Assembly (NCBI GenBank): GCA_040285855.1
Contig: JAUFOQ010000006.1
Span: 434,001-498,000 of the forward strand
Reading direction: 5' to 3'
DNA from: Eukaryota sp. GEM-RC1
Lineage: Eukaryota
Length of the DNA stretch: 64,000 nt
Under the pieces are notes generated by a model. It saw only the letters and a list, made by a program, of their open reading frames with translations. It did no database searches and was not told where the DNA came from. A program made the translations under genes and the position numbers. Shown here one piece after another: positions 32,656-44,866 of the stretch (position 1 is its first letter; the number at the start of each line of letters is the position of its first letter).

Positions 32656-35600
32656 TTGGATCTCCGCCCTTTCCTACAGTTCATCTCCTTCTCTGGCTAC
32701 AATCCTTCCTCATGGTCTCTCTTTAACTACAACGTTCTCTCTATTCTCCTTCTCTCATCGTCTCTCTTGATTCTCGTTTTAATTGGATTTGGTTTTTGGA
32801 TCTCAAAAACCACCACTAAACTCGATATTCTTGTTTCCGCTCACTAGATTCTTTTTGAACTCATTTCATCTGTCCTCTTCCTTCCCTTTACCATCACTGC
32901 CTTTTCTCATCTCAGTTGCTCTGATGATTCTTCTTTCTACGCTATTCCAACTGATCAGTGTTGGTCTACTCAAAACGTGTTTCTTAAAGCCCTGTTTCTG
33001 TTTGCATGGTCTGTTATCTTTATTATTTCTTTAATTAGAACTTCCATGTTTACTGACATCCTTCCTACCTCGAAAAGATTGTTCGCCTCACTTGATCGAA
33101 GATTTTTGATTAATTTACTCTTGGTCAAGGTGTTTCTTGCTATCTCGTTGACTTTGTTTGACCATTTGCCCATTGCTTTTACCGTTTCGTATCCTCTTTC
33201 TGGTGTTTTTTCTTCTTTTTACTCTCGTTAAACATTCTCCTTTTTTTAGAATACGAGCTAATACATTAATGGCTTTTATTTGTACAAGTTATTTGAGTAT
33301 TTCATGTATTTGGTTTATATTTGAAATATTTGGATTTAGTGTTGATCCTTGGACTGGAACTGTTATTGTTTATGTTGTTCCACTTCTTGCTGGATATGTC
33401 GTGGCTAAAATATTTCGTAAATATTTAAAATTCAAGTTGTTTGTTTTACCTAGAAGTTTGGGTCTTTTGCCTAGTTCTTCATCTTTTTGGAATTTTGGTC
33501 CAACGACTGACATGAATTCCACTCAAACAGATGAGGAAAGTGGCGATGATGTCACGTCATTTGAAGAACGTAAACTTGCCGTTTTTGATAGATTACTCTA
33601 TGACCCTTATCAATCTGAGCTCTATATTCGACCAATTTATCTGAAAAGATCTATTTTGGAAAAAGATATTTTGTTTTATCGATCATTTGTTGATTTTGCC
33701 ATCGAAAAGTTTCCAACTTCAGTTCATGTTTATCTGTGTAAATCTATTTTTGAGCTCTGTTATGGAAAAGATCCCATCGCAACACTTTCTATTGTCAATC
33801 AAGTCACTCAATTGGAAATTGATCTTCGATTTGATTATGATTTTTTCCTCGTCCAATCAAAAAGATGGCAGACAATCTAAGAAGAGAACAATCAACTGGT
33901 CAATCTCTTGATTCTAGCTCTTTCCTTGTTCTACAACGACAGTTAAAAATTGCCATTGATCTCCACAAAGATTGTCTTGATTATTTGAGTGTTTTTTGGA
34001 AACAATTACTAGTTGAAGATCAATCTCAAATTACTTTGGCCAATTTGCCAGTAATTGCTGAACGAATTTATCAAAGTAAAACTGAAGCAGAATCTTGTTT
34101 CACAAAGCTAATTCGTCAACATCCTGGCAATAAAGAAGTTCTTGAGACTTATTCCAAATTTGTAAGGGAAATTAACCTTGATGAGGAATTTGCAGACTCT
34201 TTACTTACTCAAATGGAACTTGCCGATTCTGACCGTCAATCATCAGCTGGGGATCAATCAAGCGTTGATCAGTCAGTGACGGGGAAATCATTCACGAGTG
34301 CCAGAAACAAGAAAAGAAAGTCTAAAAGACGAAGAAAAGGCCAATCAATTCTTCTTCATTTAGGCGGGGACAAGTCCAGTGAAAATGCTTCCAGTGCTGA
34401 GAAACTGCGAGTTAGTGTTCATATTGCTTTGATTATTCTTATTGTAATTTGTATTTTCTCATTTGTTCAGTTAGTAACTGATGTTCAATCAATTTCAGAA
34501 CAATTTTCCTATTTATTTGAAGCTGATCACTATGGAGGAGCTCTACAAGACGTCACAGTTCAATCATTCCTTTTATCAAATTCCATTATGGGACATAATT
34601 TCAATATTTCCATTGACGATTTAAGATTCAGATTAATTTCTGAAGCAGAACATGCATTATTTCATCTTAGAAGATTATTGATTGGTAGTTCTATTTCTCC
34701 GACTGTTACCGATCTTTTTGATTGCATTGGTGACGTTGATAACATCCCTGCTTTGACTTCTCATGAAGTTTTAAATCAACTAACTTCACCTTCCATTTTC
34801 AGAGAATCACTTTCCGTTTCTTTTCCTCACGTCACCCAATCAGAAATAGTTTCCTTATGGGAGCTATCATTTGATTACTGTAGAAGAGCTTTCCTATTTG
34901 GCAGAAATGAAACAGAAAGGGTCGTTCCTGACCTTGATTCTTACCGTTCTAATGTCTTCTTTCTAGTTCAAAATAGAGAACAAATCTATGATGGAGTCTT
35001 GGGATTTCTTGCCGCTCTAAAAGATGACGTTCTTGATCAATTAAATTTGATTGTCATAATCAATGTTGTTTCAATTGTTGCATCTCTTGCTATTGTTGTT
35101 GTTATTGGAGTTTTCCTGTTTGGACGAGCTCTACAGGAAATTATTCAAAATAAGAATGAAATTTTTAATTTATTCCTATATGTTCCACCAGACTCTGTTT
35201 CTGAAATTCTTGATCAAGAAAAGTTCTCTGGAAGTCGTATCACCTCTCAAAGTATAATTGACGAACATGCTAATACGCCTTTACGAAGGCGATTTTCATC
35301 AACCATATCCATTGATTCTCCAAGATCTCAGACAAATTTTGATGAGTCAATAGATTTAGAAATTATTCCCAATTTGGATCTTAAAACTGAAAAAACTGTC
35401 GTAAAGGAACAACGAACGTCTAATGGTTGGAAGTTTTGGGCAATTCTATGTTCCCTTTTTTCGTATTATTTGCGATTGCTTCTATTTCTACATTAATGTT
35501 TCAATTAACAGAACAGGTTCAACATTTAACGGATCGATCAGCTGAAGTTACTTTAGTTTCAGAAAATGTCGAGTCTTTGCTTGTTAATACTCTAGAAATG

Positions 35601-37785
35601 TCTAAAAGCGTTGTTGCGTTTGCTAGTACTGGTAACTTGAGATATTATCATCGCTATTTTTCTTATTTTCATTCTTTGGAACAAACAAATTCATTTTCGG
35701 CTTTACGAAGAGTCGATATTGACCCTGGATCTCTAGAATATTTAGGAAATTTTAAATTTTATCAGGAAACAATGGAGTACAAAGACTTAATTGCAATTAA
35801 AATAGCTCAATTAGCTTTTAATTATTCTGATTTCGATATGCCCAATGTTGTTTCAATCACTTATGACGTCACCAGGGAAACTGATTGGGAATTGATTGAT
35901 CTGGAATATTCTGATATTGATTATTGGTATTCTTCTTTAGAGAGTGACTCTCAACTTGATTCAGAAGAATTACGAACTCTTTCTAGATCCATTGTTACTA
36001 ATCGACGACACATGGATTTGGATGCTGATCGGATTTCAAATATTTTAAATTTTGTCAATGAAGTGTTTTCTCGTTTTTTAGTGCGAGTTGAGACTGTAAA
36101 TGAATCAGTACAAATTTATGTCATTTCTGTTCTTACTGTCTTAGTTGCTACTTTGTTGTTCGTAATATTTTTAATTTTCTCCAGTTTTAAATTCTTCTCA
36201 TTTTTTACTCTCAGAATCCCATCTCTTGTGTTCTTATTTTTGATGGCTGTTTCTTTAATTGGGTCTATTATTTTTGTTATTTCGACTTATAATTCATTTA
36301 CGTCATTTTATTCAAATATTTCATCAAAATTAGAAATTGACTCTTCTTATTCTTTAGTTGATTTCAATGAAATGATTAGTGAGTATTATGCCAATGTTTT
36401 TGTTCAATTTGAAACGCTAACGCTTACAATGAAGTTACTACAAGAAGGCATTTTTTGATGATTTTTTGAAAATTTCTGATCAAGTTTTGAACTCTGACAT
36501 CACCTCAGAATTTAGTGAAATTTTGTCAATTTTTTATAATTCTATTAAAGAGTTTGCTTTCGCGGATTCTAGATTTATTGAAGATGTTGCAATTACTCTT
36601 GCTGCCAGTGGATTTAACATCCCGGAAATGATTATTGATCGATCATTGGAATGGAATTTTTCAAATGAGCCAGATTATTGGCGTTTTAAAACTAGCTTTC
36701 ATTATATTAATTGGAATTTGTTTTACTCAAACAATACCCACGATATGTCGTTGCCGATTGACAATCAAATTAAATTGGCACAATCTATTATTGTTTCTGA
36801 TATCTATTATCATGTTTTGGCTCGTGATTATGAGTTCTTAACCAACATTTCAGACAATTTTGAATCTGATTCTACCCAAATTATTGAACACTCGGAATTT
36901 GTCTTCAATTCTAATTTCTTCTCGTTGGTGGTGTTTCTTTTCATTACCTGTTTTTTAATTACTCTCTCTATTATTTTGTTTTACTTCTCTCTTTCTAAAC
37001 AGTCAAATAAGAAACGTCATGTGAGAGAAAAACTTGTTTTTTCTGCGATGAAAATTTTAAAAATTAAGTATATTTCGGCTCTTACTTTCCTGGCTATTTT
37101 AATTTCCCTCTTCTATTATCTTGCAATCTTTATGTCTCTTGAGTCTATTCCTAGGGTTAATTCCATGTGGTTAGCTGGAGAACGGTTTATCATGACCAAA
37201 AGAGTAACTGGAGGATCGTTACTTCTACTTGACAATGATTCTCCATTACAATCAAGTGTTGTTTCATTTATTGCCGAACAATTAAGAGAAAAACATTTAC
37301 AATTGTTGTTTGGTGATGATGATCTTTTAGGTTCAATTGGAGTTGATGGAAATCAAGACTCAATGTTGTTTGATAGTGGTTTCTCATTAAATGGCTCGAT
37401 CTCAAACAGTGGCATTCATGCTTTATTTGAAAATTTTATTCAAATTTCGACACAACTTGCTTCTTTTGGTACAGTAATTGATGGTAACAATCCTCTTTTA
37501 CATGATTTAATTTCGCAGTCAAGAACTTTGTCAACTTTGTTATATGAATCTTTAGCAGTGTATCGTGATGATTCTCAATCATTTTTAAATAGATTTAGAA
37601 ATTTGGTAGTCATTGTGTTCTTTTCTATTCTTGTTGTCATTTTGTTGGAATATTTCTTTATCTTTAGAACAATGATTAATCAGCTATCCGAAGAAGAACA
37701 AACTGTAATGTTATTACTCCAAATGTTACCACAAAAAGCCATTGATTCCGTAGAAGTTATTCGAGATTTCATTGAAAATTGTTAG
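32656..37785 (+). CDS. TmcB/TmcC-like multi-pass membrane protein (several frameshifts)
   Basis: Collinear hydrophobic ORFs. TPR-like block HKDCLDYLSVFWKQLL..AESCFTKLIRQHPGNKEVLETYSKFVREI and C-terminal LSEEEQTVMLLLQMLP..IRDFI. Confidence 0.7.
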
Positions 37786-38712
37786 TTTGTTTAGTTTAGT
37801 GCATTTTGTAAAATACATGAACTCTTATTTTAAAAATTGAAAATCTATTCAATATCAATTATTGAATTAAGTAACAAAAATATTGAACTTGTGTTTACAT
37901 GTAAGTCCTGATTAGTGTATTGCAAATTGAATTCTCAATGTTAAAGTTCTGCTAAATACAAGAGTAGACATGGTAAATGACGTGACGGGTCTTGACAAGT
38001 CTATACGTCGACGCCAATTTTTTTTGAATGCGTCACAGTAGTGCGTCGTGAATTGTCATGATTTTGTGACAGAATTACTAGTAAATGTTGTAACAGAAAG
38101 AACTGGTTGCAACATTGCAACATACTGCCCAGACACTGGATCCTGTTTTGTAGTGCAGGAAATACGAGATGAAAATGGAGTTATAAATCATTCTAGTTCA
38201 ATAAATTGTTGCAACATTGTAGAATTCCCACTTCGACTATTTCAGAGTTACTGGATACTGTTTACACTATGTTGACGCGGTTTTGTAATGTAATATCGAC
38301 AAACAGGTCAATTGTAGTAAAATCAACCACCACTTGAGATGAATCCAGGAAAGGAGCAATTAGGTCGACGGGTAGTATAGTACTACTCGTCCTAAAACCT
38401 TGAACTAACCCCCCCCCAAAGAGTTTACTAAAGCAATAGAGCCGTCTACAACTACTGTAAATCGAAATGTTTTCGAACCGAAGCTTAGTCTCAAGAACAA
38501 AATTCTTCTAACCACCAATAAAAGCAAAACGTTGATATCAAACTGATATTATCAATTTATTAAACAATTTAATACAGTACATTGTATGTATGTAACTGAC
38601 ATTCACCGCGAGTATGTTGGACTTGACAGTGAGCGCAAACACAATGAAAAATGATCTCTCATACGGCTGTTGCTTTCCACACTGCTGTCCCAAAGTCTTG
38701 AAACAAGTGATC

Positions 38713-39348
38713 CTAGGGAGGATTGAATTTCATTGTTTTCAGTAGGAGTAGAAGGAATGGATTCGGTGGGAGAGTTTCGAGAGGACTTTGTGAGAGGTTC
38801 TGGAGTTGTGGCTTCTTTGCTAACAACATTAGCTTGTTTAAGGTTCTTCTTCTTTTCTTAACAATATGAGTTCTTTCATGAATAACATTAGGAGCAATTG
38901 AATAAAACTCAGAAAGATCTTCGTTTTCTTCAGCATTCATACCATACACTTTCTTAAAACGTGAAGAAATGTCTGGTACTTTTGCGCCTTGGGAAGCTAA
39001 ATACTGAGTTCTAGAATTAATAAAGTGAACAATATTCTCAAAAAAGTCTTCCTTAGATTGTACCAAGTCTGAGAGGAATTCATCATTGTTGGTACTTATA
39101 AAAAGTCCATCGGTTGAATTATCACGAGGTCGTGAAATTAGAATATAATCCCCATTGGGACCGAGCTGAACACTGTTACCATCCACCTTTTTGGATGTAT
39201 AACTAAAGACGTTATAGACATCCTGGTGCTTGTTCATTTTCTTTCTTCGGAAAGCATTAGAGCGTAGTTTCTTGTTGTAGGTGACAGACATAGACGTAGC
39301 ATCATCTGAAGACTGAAATGAGAGTGAATAAAAACATACAACTGACAT
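38713..39348 (-). CDS. Unknown protein 'X', second copy (apparently truncated)
   Basis: NKHQDVYNVFSY..LGPNGDYILISR..STNN..ENIVHFIN aligns with 1781-2305. Confidence 0.65.
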   Translation of the reverse strand: MSVVCFYSLSFQSSDDATSMSVTYNKKLRSNAFRRKKMNKHQDVYNVFSYTSKKVDGNSVQLGPNGDYILISRPRDNSTDGLFISTNNDEFLSDLVQSKEDFFENIVHFINSRTQYLASQGAKVPDISSRFKKVYGMNAEENEDLSEFYSIAPNVIHERTHIVKKRRRTLNKLMLLAKKPQLQNLSQSPLETLPPNPFLLLLLKTMKFNPP

Positions 39349-39390
39349 TGGATTTTTGCCGGAAAAATATTTTCCTTCACTATCAATTCA

Positions 39391-40184
39391 ATGACCAACA
39401 ATATCTTACAAGATTGTATGGCAAAATTCTTTGAAACATATCTCATCCAACAGATACAAGCATGTGGATGTATCAAATGCATGGCCATAGGAGAACTTAA
39501 CTCTCTTGACAAATTGACATCACTTTTGTCTCACATACATCTTATGAGCTTTCATCCAAATCCTGAAGATGACTTAACTTCTTTATCTCCTTTACTTTCA
39601 ATCTGCTCACATATACTAGCGAAATGTAAGACAATGCCGTCGATTCCATTGTGGAACGTGGTATTCAAAATTGTTTGTTGTTGTTGTAGTAGTGTAGATG
39701 TTGAGGGAATGCTAAATTGTTTTTCTGTCCTGTTATTTGTACTTGCAAATTCTTTACAAGCAATGTATAACACGTTGTTGATCACAAAGTGTGAAAGAAT
39801 ATTGTATCTCAATGATATTTCCGAATTTCTTTGGAGTATTAGTGATCGGCAGTGTCTAGTTAAAGTATTGACAGTTTTGCTATTGTCTTTGAATGGTGAT
39901 GAATGTAGGGAATTGTTACTTACTGAATTATTCCAAGATGCTCTGAATCATTGACAGAATTAATTCTTATGTGTGAGAACAGTCAAGATGAGGAGTTTAT
40001 TGAAATGTCCGTTGTTGTTAAAAGGGTGTGTTCATTGTTCAACTTGTTTGATGTGAATGAGATTTATGGATGTGATGCAGATTGTGACAAGGAGTTTGTG
40101 AGTTTCATTGATTCGTTGTTTAAGTATAAAGAACAGTTTTATTTTTTAACAAATAGCAATGAGGAGATTACATTTGACATATAG
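39391..40184 (+). CDS. Unknown protein 'Y', second copy (frameshift near 39950)
   Basis: Similar to 958-1782 and in the same position relative to X and PIF1. Confidence 0.55.
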
Positions 40185-40642
40185 AGAACACAAATCGGGG
40201 TGTTCTACTTCTACGAGGAACATTAGCTATACAGGGAGGAGGAGGAATTACCTTGGATTTAGAAGTGAAACAGAAGCAGAAGGTACCTTGTCTTCAGATA
40301 GAATGGCATCAACGAGGGCTAGGAGAGAGATCTCATGTTTGATTTGTAAGATCAAGGGGGTGACTTTAAAAGACTCGGATATGTGTTGAAGTGCTCGAAA
40401 GTAGTCCAAGGACAAGAAACATTGCTTGTCATCAAGCTCAATCCCAGCACCAACATCACGTTTTACAAAGACATATAATTTGACATATGAGACGATAGAA
40501 AGCTGATGATGGTAGAATAAGCTGCTAAGAATCAGCTAAGAACCAGCATTTTCCATACAGTTGAGGTAGATATATAGAGTATAATGAAAGGAAAGTTTCC
40601 CTGCACAATCTGCATCTTAAACATCACCACTTCACACACTCA

Positions 40643-43600
40643 ATGTCCATTATCAACACACTTACAGACGAACAGGCTCACGTCTTCCAAGCTATTACTC
40701 ATGCAAGACCTTCTAAGCGTCGAAATTTCTTCATTACTGGTGGTGCCGGATCGGGCAAGTCTTACCTACTGTACTGTCTTAAACAGTGGTGGTCTAATGC
40801 GGGTTCCAAGCTAATGAGACCCAATGGCCATGTCTTTTTTACTGCTAGTACTGGTGTTGCTTCCACTGTCTTTGGTGGTCAAACCCTACACTCTCTCTTT
40901 GGTTATAATTTTATCCGTAATGAATAACCAATATCTGATGTCATTCGCTCTATGCCTTCAAGTGTTAAATCTGTTTTAAGAACAATTAGTGCTCGAAATT
41001 CAATGCTTGTTATTGATGAAATTTCAATGTTGACTGCTGAACTATTCAACAGAGCCTCGGATATATTTAAAGATTTACTGAAGTCTCAGTTACCATTTCG
41101 TGGACTTCAAGTTGTTATTTTTGGAGATTTTTTGCAACTTGCACCAATTGTAAAGTCTGACTCAAACACACGTAATGTCCTTCAACTTTCAGACTTTACG
41201 TTTTCATCACAGTCTTGGAAGGACTTGAATTTAAATTTTATTGAATTATCTGGAAGTATCCGACAACAAAATGATGTCAATTTTTATAATTTTTTGAATG
41301 AACTACGTCTCGGTCTTTTTGATGACTATATGAAACAAATTTTATTGAAACACAAGTCATTAGCCAAAAATATTGAAAGTCCAACCAAATTATTTGCTAG
41401 ATACAAGGATGTCGTCGACGAAAATTTAAAGCAATTTGAATTATTATGTGAACAAGGGAATGAAAATGTTGAATTTCATTCCCTCGATAAGTTCAATGAA
41501 ACCTTAATTAAATCAGAAATTGGTAAAAGTTGGGCATTTGGTAAGCCTAATGAGGAACAAATGGAAAAGGCTGTTGGTTTAAATTTAAAAAAATTATCAA
41601 GTAGGCTAAACGATTTTGCCGAACAAAAATTTCACTGTGTTGTCGGGGGTTTGGTAATGTTTACCCAAAACAAACCAGATCTGGGCCTAGTAAATGGGTC
41701 AAAAGGCAAAATTATTGATTTCTCTGAAAGTTCACATTTTATTAATGTAAGATTCGGGAGGGACGAAGAACCAATCAAAATTATTCCGACTAAATTTGAA
41801 ATTGAGGTGTTGAATGAGAAGAAAAAAGCCTGTAATTATAGCATCCCGATTGCAATATCCTCTTCGTCCTTGTTGGGCAATAACAGTCCATAGATCTCAG
41901 GGTCTAACAATTGAAGGAATTGAAGTTTCATTAAATTTTTGGGAATATGCCCAATTGTACGTTACATTGAGTAGGGTGAAGAACTGGAACTCAATTATAA
42001 TTTTAGATATTTCTTCTAGATTTCCAAAACCAAGAATTGATCTTTATCAGTGGTATTATTCCACTTTTCACCCAACTCGACCAGTTACTAAACCTCTTTA
42101 TCCTTTGCCATTAGAAGATGAAAAAATTGTTAGAAATTGGCATTCTGTGTTGAAGACTTTTGATGACTTTTCGTCAAATATTATTTCTATTGTTGGTGAA
42201 AGTATGGAAACTGTTGATGTTCTAGATCCAGTCAGTGAAGAAATTAAGGAAGATTTAGTGGAAAAAGATGTTCCAAGTATTGAAAATTTTAATACCACTT
42301 CTGATTCAGTTTTAGAACTGTTCGATAATGAAGTTGTTGTCTCTGGAAGTGATGGTGGAGATGATGAAACTGATGATGATGACGATGCGTCGTCTAGTAT
42401 GAATGATTTTGTTGTGAATGATGATGACGATGAGTGTCTCAATGATCGAAGTGTAAGTGCCATCAATTCTGATTTAATTTTTAACAAACCTGTGCCAAAA
42501 CTGAAAACAACAACAGTTACTACTTTGCCTAAATTGAGACCAAATCTATTGTCTCGCAATATTCTCAAACCTAATTTAAGTTTACCTAGTTTGAAATTAT
42601 CAAAAATGTTACATATCATGAGGACATTGAATCTGTCAACAGAATACAGTCTACCCTCTAATTAGTGACACCCCAGCGGCAGTCACTATATAGAGGGTGT
42701 CACTATATCGAGGGAAATAGATCGTGCGTCTACTACACGAACGTATGGGCTTTATTGCTGATAAACTATACTATTGAATCAACTGTGCACCTTTTGATCT
42801 TATCAGTGGTATCACAACTGGAAAGGAGGATGAGAAAAGATGATGAGAATAATGGAGGCAGGCAAAGTGAGAGAAAATAGACTGTTTGTCAACATCCATC
42901 AAACATAGGAAGATCTTAGACACTCGATCCGTCAAAGGGAATGATAATGAGTCATTTGGAGAGAGAAATGAGGAGATAGATACGGATTTGTTATGTTGGT
43001 CAACTTCGGATGTGTAAGTGAAATTTGAAGAGAAGATGTGTGAAAACACCATCAGACCGTAAATGAAGTGTCGCAAGAACCAATTCCACCACCACTTTCC
43101 TCTTTTTTGCATGTTGTAAGGGGAAACTGATGTGATGAGCATCCTAGTTTCTCCCAGCAACATGCATGTATCCCCAAATGACATATTCAGTGTTGGCAAG
43201 GAGGAAGTATTCCTCTCAGACAACTTTCTTGCTCTTAGAAGTCACCATCAAGGTGTATATCCAAAGGTCTTAGTCATCGTTCTAACGGAGACCGTTTGAC
43301 TTATAGTGGTATATATGATATAAAAGTGACATCAGAGTGAAACGGTTAGAATCTTGCCAAATTCTGGTAGCAATAGGATGCACGTGAAGAATGTGGGTGT
43401 TGTGTATGTGCAGAGAAAGACAAACATGTGGTTTATTTGATCATGAAGAAGTTGGTGGAGTCAACAAAAAGTCGGGCAGATGAAAAGTGTCACTATATCG
43501 AGGGTGTCACTATTCAGAAATGTCACTATTCAGAGGTTAGACTGTACCAAATTCTCTTGGTCTTCAGACAGACTTTGAAAACAACTTGAACAATGCTCAT

Positions 43601-43996
43601 AGTATTGCAATGCAGACAAAAACAAATGTTCTCACAATTGTCCACAATATTGTACCACTGCACTGGAACCAAAATGATACAACATCAGACTGTCAATCAC
43701 ATATGAGTTTGAAACTTCAGTTGTTAAAAGATTTAAATTTAATAATGGCCAAAATTTTGAGTTTTCATTTGAATGATAGGGACAAGTACTTTAATGTATT
43801 GTCGTTGACCAATACTTTTGTTGTGTCGATATTAGATTTAAATGATGAAGTGATGTGTGATGAACAGTGTTTAAGAATATTGGATGAATTTCGTGAAGTG
43901 ATGTGTGAGTATTGTTGCGGGATTGGATATAAGGAGTCGTTTTTGTTGGCTGTGATGTTTGCGAGGGTGATGGGGGGATATAGTAGTGTTAGTTAA
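40643..43996 (+). pseudogene. PIF1: PIF1-family 5'-3' DNA helicase (in-frame TAA at 40925, frameshifts, interrupted by a pogo-like element)
   Basis: GGAGSGKS, TASTGVA, TLHSLFG, IDEISML, FGDFLQLAPI, RQQND, LVNGSKG, QYPLRPCWAITVHRSQGLT, YVTLSRV. An open frame resumes at 43547 and runs into ORF 43586-43996. Confidence 0.92.
42647..43544 (-). mobile_element. Tc1/mariner (pogo/Tigger-like) deletion derivative
   Basis: TIRs CAGTCTACCCTCTAATTAGTGACA / TGTCACTATTCAGAGGTTAGACTG and TA TSD. Minus-strand relics GKWWWNWFLRH and LRPLD resemble pogo HTH and DDE motifs. Confidence 0.8.
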
Positions 43997-44097
43997 GTTT
44001 GATAAACTGGGGTTGTATATTTTAGTGTGTGGGTTTAACGACATTATATATAGAAGAAAAAAATATCAATGTCAACAATTCATTACACATACGACAC

Positions 44098-44180
44098 TGT
44101 TGTCATTACAAATGTTGTAGTTACAAATGTTGTATCACCAAATGTTGTAGTTACAAATGTTGTATGACCAAATGTTGTAC
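44098..44180. repeat. 15-bp minisatellite (ACAAATGTTGTAGTT-like)
   Basis: Five or more CAAATGTTGTA units. Confidence 0.85.
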
Positions 44181-44866
44181 ATGTAGTTATAACTTGGTGT
44201 CTTCTGATGCATGAAGCTTCATGGACTTGATGTCGTTGACCTTAGTCTCATTCCAGATAGCATCCTGACGAAGTTGTTGAAATTCTTCGCCATCTTGAAG
44301 AAGGTCCCAGTTTGTTAAAGTAAAGGGCATGTATTGAGGTGCAATTATTTGTGTACAGGCAATTCAGAATTTGATCTGACTCCTATAAATACAACTGCAA
44401 TTGGTCAGTTTGGTACATTGTACTGTCTACAAACACATCATTAGCTTCTTGTAGATGATAATGAGTTACCTCAGTCTGATTTCATTATCATGTTTTGTGT
44501 TGCTATGCAAAAATGCAGTCAAAAATGACTGAAGACACAGCAGTGTATTACATGATCAGAGTTGTAGCAAACCAGCAGAGTTGTAGCACACCTTAGTGTT
44601 TTCCTTTGGAGGATAAGATGTCAATGTGATGTATGTGTAGTAGGATGGTTGTACAACGTAGAGTTTATTCATGACATGGTCGAACACGGTTCACAAGTCT
44701 AAGAACGAATACCTGCAAACACGTCTCTATCTTGAAAGAAGCTCAACACTGGATATCAAACGATGTATGGAATCCATCAAAGAAGGTATAAGTGAATCAG
44801 TTTGGGGATATGTGGTTATAGGGTGAAGAGTTTTTGGGGTAAAATGATTTTGGGGAGTATCTACAG

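Noticed and set aside
37960..38300. GACGC/CGTC-rich patch as a possible terminus of the PIF1 module
   Set aside because: I could not find a matching TIR or TSD.
4762..40927. Stop-codon reassignment (TAA/TAG read as Gln), suggested by in-frame stops at 4762, 4957, 40925 and 63616
   Set aside because: CFAP52, both integrases, the hAT transposase and the secreted proteins end at TAA/TAG at the expected positions, and long ORFs lack internal TAA/TAG. Decay or sequence error explains the few cases.
40643..43996. Helitron
   Set aside because: No HUH Rep motifs upstream of PIF1, and I could not identify TC...CTRR ends with a hairpin.
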